From the NCBI GenBank assembly GCA_028023455.1, contig JAQFVV010000002.1, forward strand, positions 14,446,001 to 14,510,000: a stretch of DNA of 64,000 nucleotides, read 5' to 3'. The notes beneath the pieces were generated by a model, which was not told where the DNA came from, ran no database searches, and saw only the letters and a list, made by a program, of their open reading frames with translations. Both the position numbers and the translations under genes were made by a program. This document shows, piece by piece, positions 40,494 to 53,900 of this stretch; positions within the stretch are counted from its first letter, which is position 1; every line of letters starts with the position of its first letter. This DNA comes from Epiperipatus broadwayi (lineage: Eukaryota > Animalia > Onychophora).

Positions 40494-41487
40494 TCTTATA
40501 GAAACAGAGCATTAATTATTTATAAGGTTGCTTTAGCACAATTAAACAATTAAAACGAGAAAAACAATAAACTTGCATTTTATAAAACAATACAGATTTC
40601 CTTAACGTCAGGAGCTTGTGGTTAAAACACCTGTAGAGGTCCCTACTATCGCATTTTATACGCATATTATCGAGGTTATAGCCTCAGTAAATATTACTTA
40701 CGTAATCAATGTGCGTTTAATACATTTATAATTATAACTTAATTTTGTAAGTACAGTAATTTTATAGTTTTTGTTAAAATATATAAATGTACTGCATACT
40801 TGTAGAGTTTTTTGTGCTTTGAAAAAAAAAATATTTAAAAACATTGATAATAGACTTTTTATTACTGCATCATACTTTCTTTTGTCTGACAATAAAACAT
40901 GTGCTTTCAGAAATAGACATTAGATTTTTTTTTTTTGCAAACATTTATTATAAGGGATGATTTTATCTAAGCATGAGGGAGGGGAGGGGGGATTTTAAAT
41001 CCTCCATATATGTTTGGAAAATCTTATATATATATTGAATAGAAAAAAATGTTAGAAATAAATATTTTTTCATAAATTCAGTTGAAAGAATGTGGATGAA
41101 CAGAGCAAGTTCAAGATGGTTGGGCATTGAAGATAACAGGGAACTCTTTCTTTCTAGTACGAATATAAATTTCCCTTGCCAAATAAATTATTTAGTCTCC
41201 TCAGTGACAAAGCATTCTAGAGAATTATGAGTCTAAAAACAACTTGCAGAATAGATTGTCAATGAATTTGCAGAATACTATTCCAGAGAGATGTAATCTG
41301 TAGGTTAGGAAATCAGATTCAAGGTAATATTTGTTTATAAGATCATAATATGTATTTATGAACTGTTATAGATAATTGCCCAAGTTATTGAAATTGTTGT
41401 ACAATATCTTTCTTTTAACTACTTCATAATAAATGTATTTGTTAATTGTTCTCAGTGACTAAGTTATATTTATTATGATTTCTTGTA

Positions 41488-42300
41488 ATGCATATTCATT
41501 TAGTAGCCTACTTACCTGAAATTAAAATTTCCAGGGAGGTCCACCCAGTAATGAGAAGCAATCTCAATATATTACACACTCATTGTATTTCTCCAACATT
41601 TTATATATATTTTAGTTTTGATCAAAGAAGTAAACACTGCAAAAAACTTTTATGCACCCCTAATTTTATTAGATTCTTTCTATTTTCAATAGTTGTACCA
41701 GATTATATAGAGATAATTAGATCTAATAAGTTTCCAAACAAGAGTGGATTCATAATATTCCAGATGTAACCACAACCTCATTTATAGCTGGAATAATTAA
41801 TTTCTTACTCACTTTTAATGCCCATGCAAGTAAAGAATTTTAAATTACATATTTGTATTTTTTTAACATTATATATAATTTTTGATTTTGACCAATCAGC
41901 TAAATGCTGTCAACACACTTTTCAGTACAAAATATTTGATTTAAAATTTATCATTTGCACAGACATTAAAAACGAGTCAGAAACAAATTCTTCCATGAAT
42001 GAGTTTGTGTTTACATTTGAGATGTAATAGCTTTGCCATATGTTTGAAACTCATTAGATCTTCTAATCCTTCTTCTAACTAGGATAGCTAAAATAAGTGG
42101 TTCTTTTATATTGTCATAGCAAAGTGTAGAGGTGCTGAAAAGCCAGTGTTTGATTGATTGATGATAGCTGGAAATTACATACAGTGGTGGGAAAATTATA
42201 CTATCTAATTTAAAATTTGTTCTTTGCATGGACATTTAATATGAGCAAGAAATGGGCTCCCATGAAAGAGGGACTAAGCTGTGTATAAATGAGGTTGTGT
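41488..42300. repeat. Three diverged copies of a ~300-bp unit (two direct, one inverted), each with an open 69-93 aa frame
   Basis: ORFs 41488-41769(+), 41818-42027(+) and 42011-42235(-) share the motif NF.L...IFP.LY.IF.FDQ..KHC and end in ATGTAA. The last two form a palindrome centred at 42019. Confidence 0.6.
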
Positions 42301-43789
42301 ATATAAGAAAAGAGCTTTGCTAATTGCTTAACGAGCTTAGGGATAAATACTTAGCAAGATAAAGCATTTAAAATATCTCTATCTGAAAAACCCCCCCCAC
42401 CATCCCCTGACCAATGGTTTCATGCTTTTGGCACTCCTCAGAGATGTGCTAGGATAGCTTCAGATACTAGATACAGAGGTTGTGTTTATATTTGTAAAGT
42501 AATGAATTTCACTTTTGTTTGGAAATTTGCTTTGCTAATTCATATATATATATATATACACACACACAGACACACATCTGGAGCAACATATGCAAATGAC
42601 CATTTTACACTCCCATAGCAATTTTGTAATTACAAGGATGCTAAAAAATTGTATTAACAGTTGTAGATTAATTTTATTAAAACCGGAACTTACAACTAAT
42701 GTATATTGCTGGTTACATCCCAAAGTTTATTAATAATCAATATTTTAATTTTAAATATGGTTTTAGCTTAACATTAATGTTATTCATAGATGTTTTTTTT
42801 AAAAATGAATATAAATCGTTTTTTTTTTTAATAATTTGTTTGAAATTTGTTACAAGTAAAAATTATTAACATAACCTGTAGTTGATAATCACTTTTTAAA
42901 CGAAACTTTTTATATCACAGTTTAAAAGTTTATTAAGAAAGCTTATAGAGAAAAAGTTTTATTCTTTTGCAGTTTATCACATGTATTGACTATCACAAAC
43001 ACTTTGTTTAGGCAGTAAATCTGCCAAAAAAGAATCCAAATGCATCACCATTCAAAACAATGGCATTTAATAGATTATATTATAGTTAGGAGTCAGATTA
43101 TGAGTTCATGCTACATGAGTAATTACAAGTGCAGTTTATCAGACAGATTATATTTTGTATGTTCCAAAATTAAAACGATAGTTGCATTAAAATGTAGGTA
43201 ATATTTCAATCATATTCTAAGAAAATTGATCTTTAAGCTTAAGAAAAATGTATTATATGTAATAAATTCCAACAGCTATTAAATCTTAAAATTACCGATT
43301 TAAATCTTTAGGTCAGTTATATTACTGAAATATAAAGTTCTCTTAAGGATTGTGTTATGATTACAAATAAATCTATTCTTGGGTTCACTAAAAAGAAGAA
43401 TCATGATTGATTTTCTGACAATGATCTTCAAATTGGTGATTTGATTAAAAAAAAAAGTGGCATTTTCTGCTTGGCAGATTAATAGATTAAATGTGTAACT
43501 TCATAAAAGTATAGATATTTGAAGGCAAAAGTTTATTAATTGATAACATTTGTGGATTAAAGTATCAAATTTGTTTTATGATGATCATTCTAGACCTTTT
43601 TTGATGTGTTGAAAGTAATATATAAATTGGAGAAACTATATATCTATTATATTCATCAATAACAATTTTTTATGATTTCTTAAATAGGTGGAAGTAGTAT
43701 TTTAATCACCTTTTTTAGTAATGGTATAAGAAATGAAATGACAATCTTTCATGCTTTATCTATTTTTTTGCTCATTTAGATTTGGAGAA

Positions 43790-44330
43790 GATATTCAGCT
43801 TAGTGAAATCAAAACATCTCTTTTTAATCTTAAAAATGGAAAGACTGCATTCAATTCCTAATGAAATATCGGAAGAATTTTAAAATTTGCTATTGATGTA
43901 TTATCTTCAAAAATATTGGAATTTTTTAAAAATATGTAGACCTATGAAATTGTATTACCAAATATATCTTAAGAATGCTTTGATTGTTCCAACTTTTAAA
44001 ACTAAAGGAAATAGACAAATTTGCAGTAATTACAATGTAATATCATTATTATACATTACAGCAAAAGTATTTTCAAGGATTTTGTTCAAAATGTTGCTTA
44101 CAACTATAAATAGATGACTATAGGAAATTTAATACAATTTTAATAATCAAGAATTCTTCTTGCTAAGCAAATTTAAGAAAAAATGTTGGGAACAAAAATA
44201 TGATTTATATATTGCTTTTACAGATTCAGTTGAGACATTTACTGATACAGATGTACTTGGATATCTACATTCTACTTTATCTTTAGTTGAATCTTTAAAT
44301 ACTGTTTTAACATCATGAAATAATAGTGAG
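43790..44330 (+). mobile_element. Old RTE-type RT fragment
   Basis: IVPTFKTKGNRQICSNYNVISLL and KKCWEQKYDLYIAFTD motifs; heavily disrupted. Confidence 0.65.
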
Positions 44331-44339
44331 ATAACTAAT

Positions 44340-46166
44340 TGATAAAACTTATTAAAAAAAAACAATACTTATAGTTGATATTCCTAATCTTCAGAAACAT
44401 TCTAATGAATTTAAATTAGACCTTACAAATTCGTTTCAAGTATTAGTAGATTTTGAATATAATTTAGATTTGAATGAAATTAATATGAAAATATCTAATA
44501 CACTTTTAAAAACTGCAACAAAGATAGCCAGTAGAAAAAAGGAGGAATTGACCAATAAAATTTCTACTGAGACTAGAGAAATTATAAAGAAAAGGAGGAA
44601 TATGAAGATATACAAAAATGATGCATTAAAAAGGATTGAATACCTCAAATTTTGTAAAATGGTGTGGAAAAGAATTGAAAATGATATAAGAAAGTATAAC
44701 TGAACTAGCAAGGAAATCTGTAGAAGAGAATAAAAGTCTCAAGAGTGTAAAACAACATTTTGGTATTGGTAGGAAATTTATATGTGCAATAAGAAAAAAA
44801 GATGGAATTATTACTAAAAAGAGAGATGACATCATGAAATGGGTAGAAGACTTCTATCAAGAATTATATAGTAATAAAGAACAAGTATCTCCTATATCTC
44901 TTATATCTTCAAATTTCCCAGAATTTTAAATGAAGAAGTGAGACATGCAATTAAATTTATGAAGAAAGGAATGCCTCCAGGTAATGATGGAATTATAATT
45001 GATATATTAAAAGAAGGTGAAGAAATATAATTTTTTTTAGCAAAGTTATATACCAAATGTCTAAATGATAAAGATGTACCAGATGATTGTAAGAATGCAA
45101 TATTAATATTAATATTTAAAAAATGTGATAAAGAAGATATTAGAAATTATGGACCTATCTGCCTTTTATCAGTTTTAGACAAATTACAACTCGTCTACAG
45201 AGAACATTGGATTTCCACCAACCAAGAGAACAAGCTGGATTTAAAAGTAGTTTTAGTACAGTAGATTATACTCAGGTATTGAGAGAAATTATAGAAAGGA
45301 CAAATAAATATGAGTTGCTATTATGCTTTGGATTTGTAGATTATGAAAAGGCATTTGATTCTATAAACATTTCTTCAGTGATTAAAGTATTGGATCATCA
45401 AGGTATAAATCCAGGATAGTCATATTTCAAAGAATATTTATAAAAATGCAATAGCAACAATTATGATACTAGGAAAGTCAACATTGAGAAGGGTGTCAGG
45501 CAGGGTGACTCCATATTTCCAAAACTTTTATAGCAGTGTTGCAATAAGTATTTTGTGGATTAAAATGGGAAGCTAAAGAAATGAAAGTAAATAGAGATTA
45601 TTTAAGTCATTTAGATTTTGCAGATGATGTAGTTATTTTTGCAAATAATGTTTTAGAGATGCAGAAAATGTTGCAGGAATTATCAGATGAAAGTAGGATT
45701 AAAGATAAATATTAAAAAGACTAAAGTAATGTTCAATGGGTTTTCTCAAAATATGAAAATAAAGATTGATTATGATGAGTTAGAAAAAGTTAACAGCTAC
45801 AAATACTTTGGTCAGATTATTAATACAGATGGAAACATAATGGATGAAATTAAGCATAGAATTATACTTGGTTGGAGTGCTTTTTATAGAAATAACTTTG
45901 ATACTAAAAGGAAATATGCCTATGTATTTGAAAAAGAAGGTTTTTAATAAATGTGTTTTACTAGTTCTTACTTAAGGATCTGAGACTTAGACACTTAATA
46001 GAAGAGCAATACAGAGACTTCAGATCACTCAAAGAAGTATGGAGAGATGCATGTTAGGAGCAATAAGAAGAGATCGAAAATGCAATGTATGGGTAAGAAA
46101 ACAAACAGGTGTTACTAATCTCATTGAAAAAATTAAAAAACAAGTGGAGTTGGGCTGGACATATTG
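44340..46166 (+). mobile_element. RTE-clade LINE fragment, disrupted
   Basis: QPREQAGF, FVDYEKAFDS, GVRQGDS and FADD motifs with frameshifts. It stops abruptly after WAGHI. Confidence 0.9.
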
Positions 46167-46546
46167 AAGCGGTCGGATCTAAGTTCGATCCGAGCTTCAT
46201 GATATTACACCTCTTTACCTAGTTTAAACCCCGTTAATAATCGGGAATCTTTCCAAATTCTGTAATGAGATTTTACACTCTTTTCCCTATGCATCTGACT
46301 TCTGTTAGAACTGCTTTGTTATTTAAATATTTATTAGCATATAAAAGCGATTTACCCGCTGACGAAGAAGCTGCAAAAACCAAAACAATTAAATGGGCCG
46401 AGCGCTTTCGAGGTTTTCCCTCATATTCATGGCCAACATAAGTTAAAACTAATTGTGTTATATTTAACTCTATTAATATTACCAATTACCTTGTGATAAA
46501 ATATTAATAAATAATGCTATTTAAGGGTGTTTTAGCTATTTGATTA

Positions 46547-47261
46547 AGATGAAAGTCGGAAAGTAGGACTAAAGATAAATGTTAAAAAGACTAAAGTAAT
46601 GTTTAATCGATTTGCTCAAAATATGAAAATAAAGATTGATTATGATGAATTAGAAGAAGTTAAGAGTTACAAATACCTTGGTCAGATTATTAATACAGAT
46701 GGAAACATAATAGAGGAAATTAATCATAGAATTAAACTTGGTTGGAGTGCTTTTGGTAGAAATAACTTGATATTAAAAGGAAATATGCCTATGTGTTTGA
46801 AAAGAAAGGTTTTTAACAAATGTGTTTTACCAGTTCTTACTTATGGATCTGAGACTTGGACACTTAATAGAAGATCAATACAGAGACTTCAGACCACTCA
46901 AAGAAGTATGGAGAGATGTATGTTGGGAGTAACAAGAAGAGATCGAAAACGCAATGTATGGGTAAGAGAACAAACAGGTGTTACTGACCTCATTGAAAAA
47001 ATTAAAAGATTGAAGTGGAGTTGGGCTGGACATATTGCTAGAAGAGATGATAATAGATGGACAATTGAAATTTTAAACTGGATTCCAAGAGATTGTAAAA
47101 GACCCAGAAGGAGACCACATGTAAGATGGATGGATGAAATAAGAAAATGTGTAGGGATGATGTGGAGAAGAGAAGCTAAAGATCGGAGAAGATGGATTAA
47201 ACTTGGAGAGACCTTCATCCTGCAGTGGATTGATAATGGTTGATAATGATGATGATGATGA
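46547..47261 (+). mobile_element. 5'-truncated RTE-clade LINE with an intact 3' end
   Basis: Open 214-aa C-terminal frame (46599-47243) and a (TGA)n tail; same family as 34472-34856. Confidence 0.95.
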
Positions 47262-48683
47262 CTTACAAATGGTTAAATATGCATTGGTATAAGATTTTAT
47301 TACATTGGAATATTTATTTTCTATTTTGTCCAAACTTTCACGATTAAAAGTCACATTCCTTCGATAAGTTTTAAATCGTTCTTTTCCAAAGACAATGGTA
47401 AATCCTTCATTAATTAGTTTAAAATGACAAGTTAAAGTTTAAGGGCGGTTCTAATTTAAAATCGATTGTATAGATTTTGCGAATTCATTTTCTAAGTAGA
47501 AAATGAATTCAAAATAATGGATTTAAAAGTCTTATCGAGGTAATGGATCGTATTTTAATTAGAGAAAATTCCTTTTGGTAACAATAAAAGCTTTAGCTGT
47601 AAAGCATAGAGATCAGAATGGGTGGGAAAATTGTGAATAGGAGATAAATATTCTGGAAAATTACCTAGAAGCAGCCATTACTTTCAATTTTAAAAAGAGT
47701 TGCTACCGGAAATTATGTCCATTTTAATATTGAACCTTAACCGTACTCGCAGTATGGTATGCGGCTAACTTTGGGAATCTAATTGCTGGATCCTGAAATG
47801 CCCTAATAAATCTTCAAGTATTGCTGCTAAAATAGAACTCTCTAAGGCCAAATCGTAAGCTGCCTAAAATCTATAATAAAACAAATCTATAAAATGAATT
47901 TTATTTGAGTTAAGTGCGCACCTATGTTTTCTTCTAAATCTAACTGGACTCTGTGCTCCTGAATCAACAAGCAAGACATGAAGGACTGGTAATTTTTAAT
48001 ATTTGATTAAACTGCAACTTTCCAATCTATTCATGAACTATCTCACTAATTATATTAAAAGTGATTATTGCCTTAAATCTTGTTATTCATTTAATTATGC
48101 TTAAAATTGTTACACAGTAATTCTCTATATCGTTATATCTCTAGTCTTAAATTAATACTTTGATAATTTTCTTTCTCCTCTCATGGTAGTCTATTTTTAC
48201 TAAGCCTTACTTGTATTTGTTTTAATGATTATTAATGTCATTTAATTGTGATAAGATATGCCAATAAGGCTTTCAACTTGATAATTTTTTGTTTAAACCT
48301 ATCCTAAGAAAATATTTACCGCATAAAGTTTTATAGCCTATTTCTTGCCTATGAGAACTAAATTAATAATAGTTTTATGAATTATCAGGTTGAAAGATTT
48401 ATTTAATTATTTGATATAATTTTACCAAGAGCTGATATAAATTCTATTAGCTTGACTGATAGCCACTATGCTTCCGACTAGGTTCATTTAAATTTTAAAC
48501 AAAATTATTCGTATGTGTTAATTTGAATTCATTAAGGTTTGATGGAGTTTTGTAAGGGAGAAAAATATTGTCTGAGTTAAGCCTGACCTTCCAGCATTTG
48601 TGTTTGGGGAGAGCATGATATAAGGGGTATTATTATATAATTAGGTTTAGGCATTTGCCTATCGTAAGTTTGATTTTAATCTT

Positions 48684-48790
48684 TTTTTTTTTAAGTGTCA
48701 TAGCATCGGCCGGGATGCAAACCCGCAACCCGGGCAACTACCTGCAAGTGCAAGGCAGTCGCGCTGACCTCTCGACCACCAATGCAAGAC
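48684..48790 (-). mobile_element. tRNA-derived SINE, family A
   Basis: GTCTT leader, tRNA-like head and poly(A). Perfect 17-bp TSD AGTTTGATTTTAATCTT (48667-48683 and 48791-48807). Confidence 0.92.
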
Positions 48791-49446
48791 AGTTTGATTT
48801 TAATCTTATTGACCAAGTCGTCACGTCAAGCATTTATATTTTATAATTCAGGCTTTAAATTTAATATTATGACAATTATATTATTTCTGTTCCTAACTTT
48901 GCTGGCACGAACTATCTTCTTTATTTCTTAGGTTTTGTCATTCCTGAGGTATATTATTTTAATTGATTGAAACATAAAATAAATATTATTTTCTCATTCG
49001 TTCATCGCTTGTTGGAACATCAAAGATTTGTGGCTAATTCCGAACCTGGCTTTCCCCTTGTTTCACAATCATTTGCATGGCAAATGTGCTTGTTGAGACA
49101 AGTAGCCATTAGTCTTCTTGAATCGTCGACAAAACCATTCACTTCATCTTCATTCCAATGCTCATAACGTGTTAGCACCGTTTTCATTGCTGAATTCAAA
49201 TAACAACCCATATTGCTGCTTTGTAATTCATGATGAATTGATTCCTTTTAAAATCAAATTATTTTATTTATAGAGGAGGGGGAGATAAATCTTGCCTTCT
49301 TTTTTTTTTTTATAAATTAGAAGCTTATTTTCTTTCTAGGTAAGTGTCAAATTAATAGCTAACATACATAACTCATTTGGCATATATGCTATACATATTT
49401 TTAATCACACATGTCTGTTTCGTCGGAGCATAGATTAGACATATAT

Positions 49447-49543
49447 TGAAACAGTAAGATTCGTATTCGAATCGTAAGTTTCACCTTTTTCTGTCGTCTC
49501 TCACTGACCGATCTATCCCACCCAAATTTAAACTTTTTGGTAT
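49447..49543. mobile_element. Terminus of a second copy of the TG...CA element
   Basis: 97 bp with 3 mismatches to 8307-8403, preceded by ATAT; cut off where the Penelope-like palindrome begins. Confidence 0.85.
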
Positions 49544-50964
49544 GCTGAAGTCTTGTCACACAGTTACATTCAGTTATAAAAAGGTAGAAAAGCACGTTGT
49601 AGAGGCGCTGATGAATACTGGTTTGAATAAAATACAAAAATGTTAAATTTAAGAATGTTTTTTTAAAGAAATCTTTCAAATATGGTGAAAGTTTGCACGC
49701 ATCATCTCAGGCTTATTGATTGCAATGTGCCGGTCGGATACCCAATGGCTATCTGATTTGCATTGGTAGAGATTATCTAATTCAGGAGAGACACTCGGTA
49801 ATTTTTCAGAAAAATCTATTTTATGACCTCGAATCTATAGTATGGAGCGAGAAGGGATGATGATGAGTGTTGTTTTAACGGAACAGTATGTTTCAATCTC
49901 TTTCTAACACTGATGCGACAATTCACCATACCTATAAGAAGTTTTTACAATTTTACATGAGACTGATAGACAGAAATGAGATCGGGGGATCCTTGGGCTT
50001 GGTTATTAAAATGCTGATCTTTTGATGAAAAAAAAGCAGTCGCTGCATCTATATTATAGCGTTTTAGGGGGGGGGGGGGAAAACTGTAGTTCCTATTATA
50101 ACGTAGAACACAAATCCTAATAGCTGACTTATCATCTTTTGTTTCCTATTTTGTCTATTTTCTGTTTGAAATGGGGCTTTATTTAAATTTGTAATATAAC
50201 TATAGTTATAATTATCAAATTTATAAAAAAAAGCCTTATTATTAACTATATTATAATTACAAATTTAATAAAAAAAGTCTTATTTTAAGCCCAAAATAGA
50301 CAAAAGGAGAAACAAAAAGATGATAAGTCAGCTATTAGGATTTGTGCGTTCTCGTATGTAAAAGAACTACAGAACAGCATTGACGCATATTAAAACGCCA
50401 TAACATAGATACAGCATTTTCTGCTCATCAAAAGATCAGCAATATATCATATCTGCTTCATGATTCCACTAACTCTCTCTTGAACTTCATGGTGTCTATT
50501 CAAATCTCATGCAAAAATTGTAAAGCTTCTTACATAGGTATGACTAACTGTCGCCAAGCATCAGTGTTAGGAGAGATGAGGATGCTAATGCAGTTAAACA
50601 ATACTCATCACCACTCATAACTCTCACTCCATACTATAGATTCAGGTCATAAAATAGACTTTTTCTGAGTACCAGGATCATATCTAGATGTGATAATCTC
50701 TACCAATGCAACAAATCAGTAGATCCATTGACACACTTAAAAGGCCAGATTGTATCACATTAGCGAGATGACACGTGCAAACTTCCTCCTATTTGGAAAG
50801 ATTTCTTAAAAAAACATTCTCTAAATTTTGTAATATTTTTGCTATTGGTGGGATTTCTTAATGTTTTATTCAAAACCAGTGATTGGTAGCGCTCTACAAC
50901 CATCTTTCTACCCCTTTTATAACCTCTGTGGATGGCTTTTTGTGACCAAGTCGAAACGTCAGCA
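49543..50964. mobile_element. Penelope-like element: two inverted 5'-truncated copies forming a 1.4-kb palindrome
   Basis: The right arm encodes RILKRHNIDTAF and GVY-QISCKNCKASYIGMT (GIY-YIG, 50491-50545, with a 1-nt insertion). The left arm carries the mirror-image remnant. Centre near 50215-50240; the arms are diverged. Confidence 0.9.
50924..50962 (+). ncRNA. Minimal type I hammerhead with an A6>T lesion
   Basis: CT-CTGTGGA-T-GGC...GTC-GAAA-CG-TC-AG with the canonical ACGT stem III. The left-arm homologue keeps CTGA but has lost TCGAA. Confidence 0.65.
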
Positions 50965-53900
50965 GCTATTGGTATTAAAGTTTTTAACACGGATGAACCC
51001 GCAAAATATGTATTTTATATATATATATATATTAGGTATTTATGTATTAATTATTGGCATATATAGAAAACCCACCATTAGCCTTGTAGATTATATATTC
51101 ATGTCTTAAACTAGAGATAAGTTATGCAGATCATCATCACCATTTATATCATCATTGCTTGTATTAAATATTATATATTATACTTGGTGTCTGACCCATC
51201 ATTATTCATTAATTTCATTAAGTATTAATGTTCACTATTGTTTGGCAACCCATATATATATATATTAACGGTATATGAAGGACGAGCGATGGGAGAGGTT
51301 AGAATATATATATTGTAACGGTATATGCTGTTACATTAATTTAAAATTAGAATAACATTTTTTTTAAGTTCGTAAATAAAAAAACTAAAAGCTAAAATTA
51401 AAGAGTTGTTCAATGTATGTATATATATTCACACAGATGCAAAACTTTAAAAGTACTTTTTTATAAAAAAGTACAAGATCTAAAGATAAAATATTTTTGT
51501 AAATGGAAATGATTGTTTTATAAATTAAATGAAAAGCAAACTAGCCCTTGGGGCTCTTATATAAAAAAGTCAGATGAAATACAGATAAGAGAACAAAAAT
51601 AAATTAGATGTCCAATAGAAGCAGCAATGAAGGCTCAGACCATAATGAAAATTTTGAACAGGAAACCATTGTTCAGTGAATCTGGATAATCGGTATAAAA
51701 GGAAAAATATTGAAATTAAGAACAGTTCCAGCTTGATTTTTTTTGAGGGGCATGATAAGATGCACTTGTCACCTCTCTTTTATTTTCAAATGAAATGACT
51801 GATGAATTATGAACAGTACTATTGCAGACCCAAATCATATGGGTTCTGCAATCAAATAGTACCAGGATTAAACCAGCTAAGGCTACCTCCACAACAACAG
51901 ACCGATCTTCAAATAGAAATGTCATGGGAATTAGCACCAGGAACCAGGATTCTTCTACTGTAAGACATGAACTGTAAAATTTAAAAGTAATTAAGAACTT
52001 TCATTAAGATTTGACAAGATTTTAATATTCAGCTAACCTAAATTTTAAAATAAACTTTTATCTGACTTTTAAGCTTTCAAATTAATTATTAATGTTTAAT
52101 TTTTATACATTTAAATGAGTTTGCTAAAAATCATTTCCATTTTTTTTTTATTAATATTGATTGTATAAATTTTTGAAATGCATTAAATTTAAGTTGGGTA
52201 TAGATGCTTGCATAGATTCATTAATGTTTAATTATGTTTTTGTTTTCATATTTGATTAAAATATATAGGCATTCGGTAAATAATGATACCTTACATTGAG
52301 TGTCTAAAATGTATTTATTCAGATGTCTTTTAAGTTATTGGTGTCAATGGGGCATCTTATGATGAATGCCATTGGGTTTCTTGTAAATTTCCCTCTGCAA
52401 TTCCATCAATGATGTTATGTTTTGATCATTTATGTTTATTTTGAAATGTTTTTAACTGTATAATCTATGTAGCCGATCTATACTCAACATTAAAAACAAA
52501 CTTTTATAAAATTCATCTGTGCAAAATTATATAAATGTTAAATTTAAGTCAGGCATGAATGGCTATATAGATTTGTAAAGTTATATTAATTAATTGAGGG
52601 TTAACCTTAGATTATTTGTTTCATAGTTAGATTGGGTCAATGGATTGGATATATCGGTGTAATTAGTAAATGTAGTATGAGGTCTGCTACATAACAGGAT
52701 TACCATTATACACCACACACACCCTTTTTGCCTATGGAAGGGGATAGTAAGATGGAAAATGCAGTCCCTTCCTATGGAGTTTTTTTATTGTTCTTCTTGC
52801 CAGACAAATGTAGCATTCCTGTACTGGATGAGAGTCAATGTCTTCTTTAACCATGCTGTTCAAATGTACATTCCTGACAGTATGGTATTTGTGCTGTCGT
52901 ATTTCATGCTGCATTGAATACATCGATGTATCAGATGGATTGACGACAGTTTGACTGCAAACTTTTGGCCTAAGGTTAAATAAGGGATAGAATATTTTCT
53001 TTTCAAATGCAATCTATGTAGTTTATTCATACTCAACAATCGTAAAAAAAAATTATTAAATTCATCTGTGCAGATGGTTGAAAATTTAAAATAATAATTT
53101 AAATTTAAAAGTTAATATTAAAATGTAAAATAATAAATGTTATTCCTCAAATTTTAAATGATTATATATGTGCTTTAATATATGTTGTTTGTGTGTTAAT
53201 TACTGGCAGTAGCTTTTATTTTTTTATATTGAAGATATATTTTAAATAATTTATATTTTATAAATCTCTGGGTCTCACTGTTTTCTTTAATCATGAAAAA
53301 ACATGCATCAATCTGGAAAATATTAAAATTCTTTATGAAGAAAAAAACCATAATATAAAAAAAAAATTGGAAGGCAATGTCTTTGATAAATAAAACAGGA
53401 TTCCTTAAGTAACAAACAATGTGCTAATGTTAGAATTCATAAATTTTGAGATATGACATGATGATGTTTACTGCTGCTATATTTGAATCTAAATAATTTT
53501 CAATTGAGAAAGTAAGAAATTAATTGATAGAACTTCTGGGGTTTATTATAGATATTTATAAAATATATTATCACTATTATAATTTAGTACCTTTATTATA
53601 ATTTTATTACAATAATTAATATAACACATATTTTATTTTATTTATATAAAAGTCATTGGCTGGCTTGATAAGAATGGTTTTTTTTTCATTGTTTTTTTAT
53701 GAAAGTTGTTGGAGAGGCATCTGGTAAGCAGTAGATTTATTTTATTAAATTGCTATAAATTGATATTATATTCTTTGTCAATTTATGGGAAATTATTTTT
53801 TTGTTTTTCCCTGTTTCAATTGTGATGTTATTTTAGACAAAATATTAGGTGCCATTTTCTTTGCATTAGAATAATTTTGGCATATGTATTTATTTGTTTG

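Noticed and set aside
49020-49211. 63-aa minus-strand ORF in a slightly GC-richer patch
   Set aside because: No recognisable family or firm exon boundaries; it could be an unrecognised exon.
51256-51335. TGTAAC...GTTACA 22-bp hairpin with a 50-bp local duplication, like a collapsed LTR
   Set aside because: No matching TSD and too short to classify.
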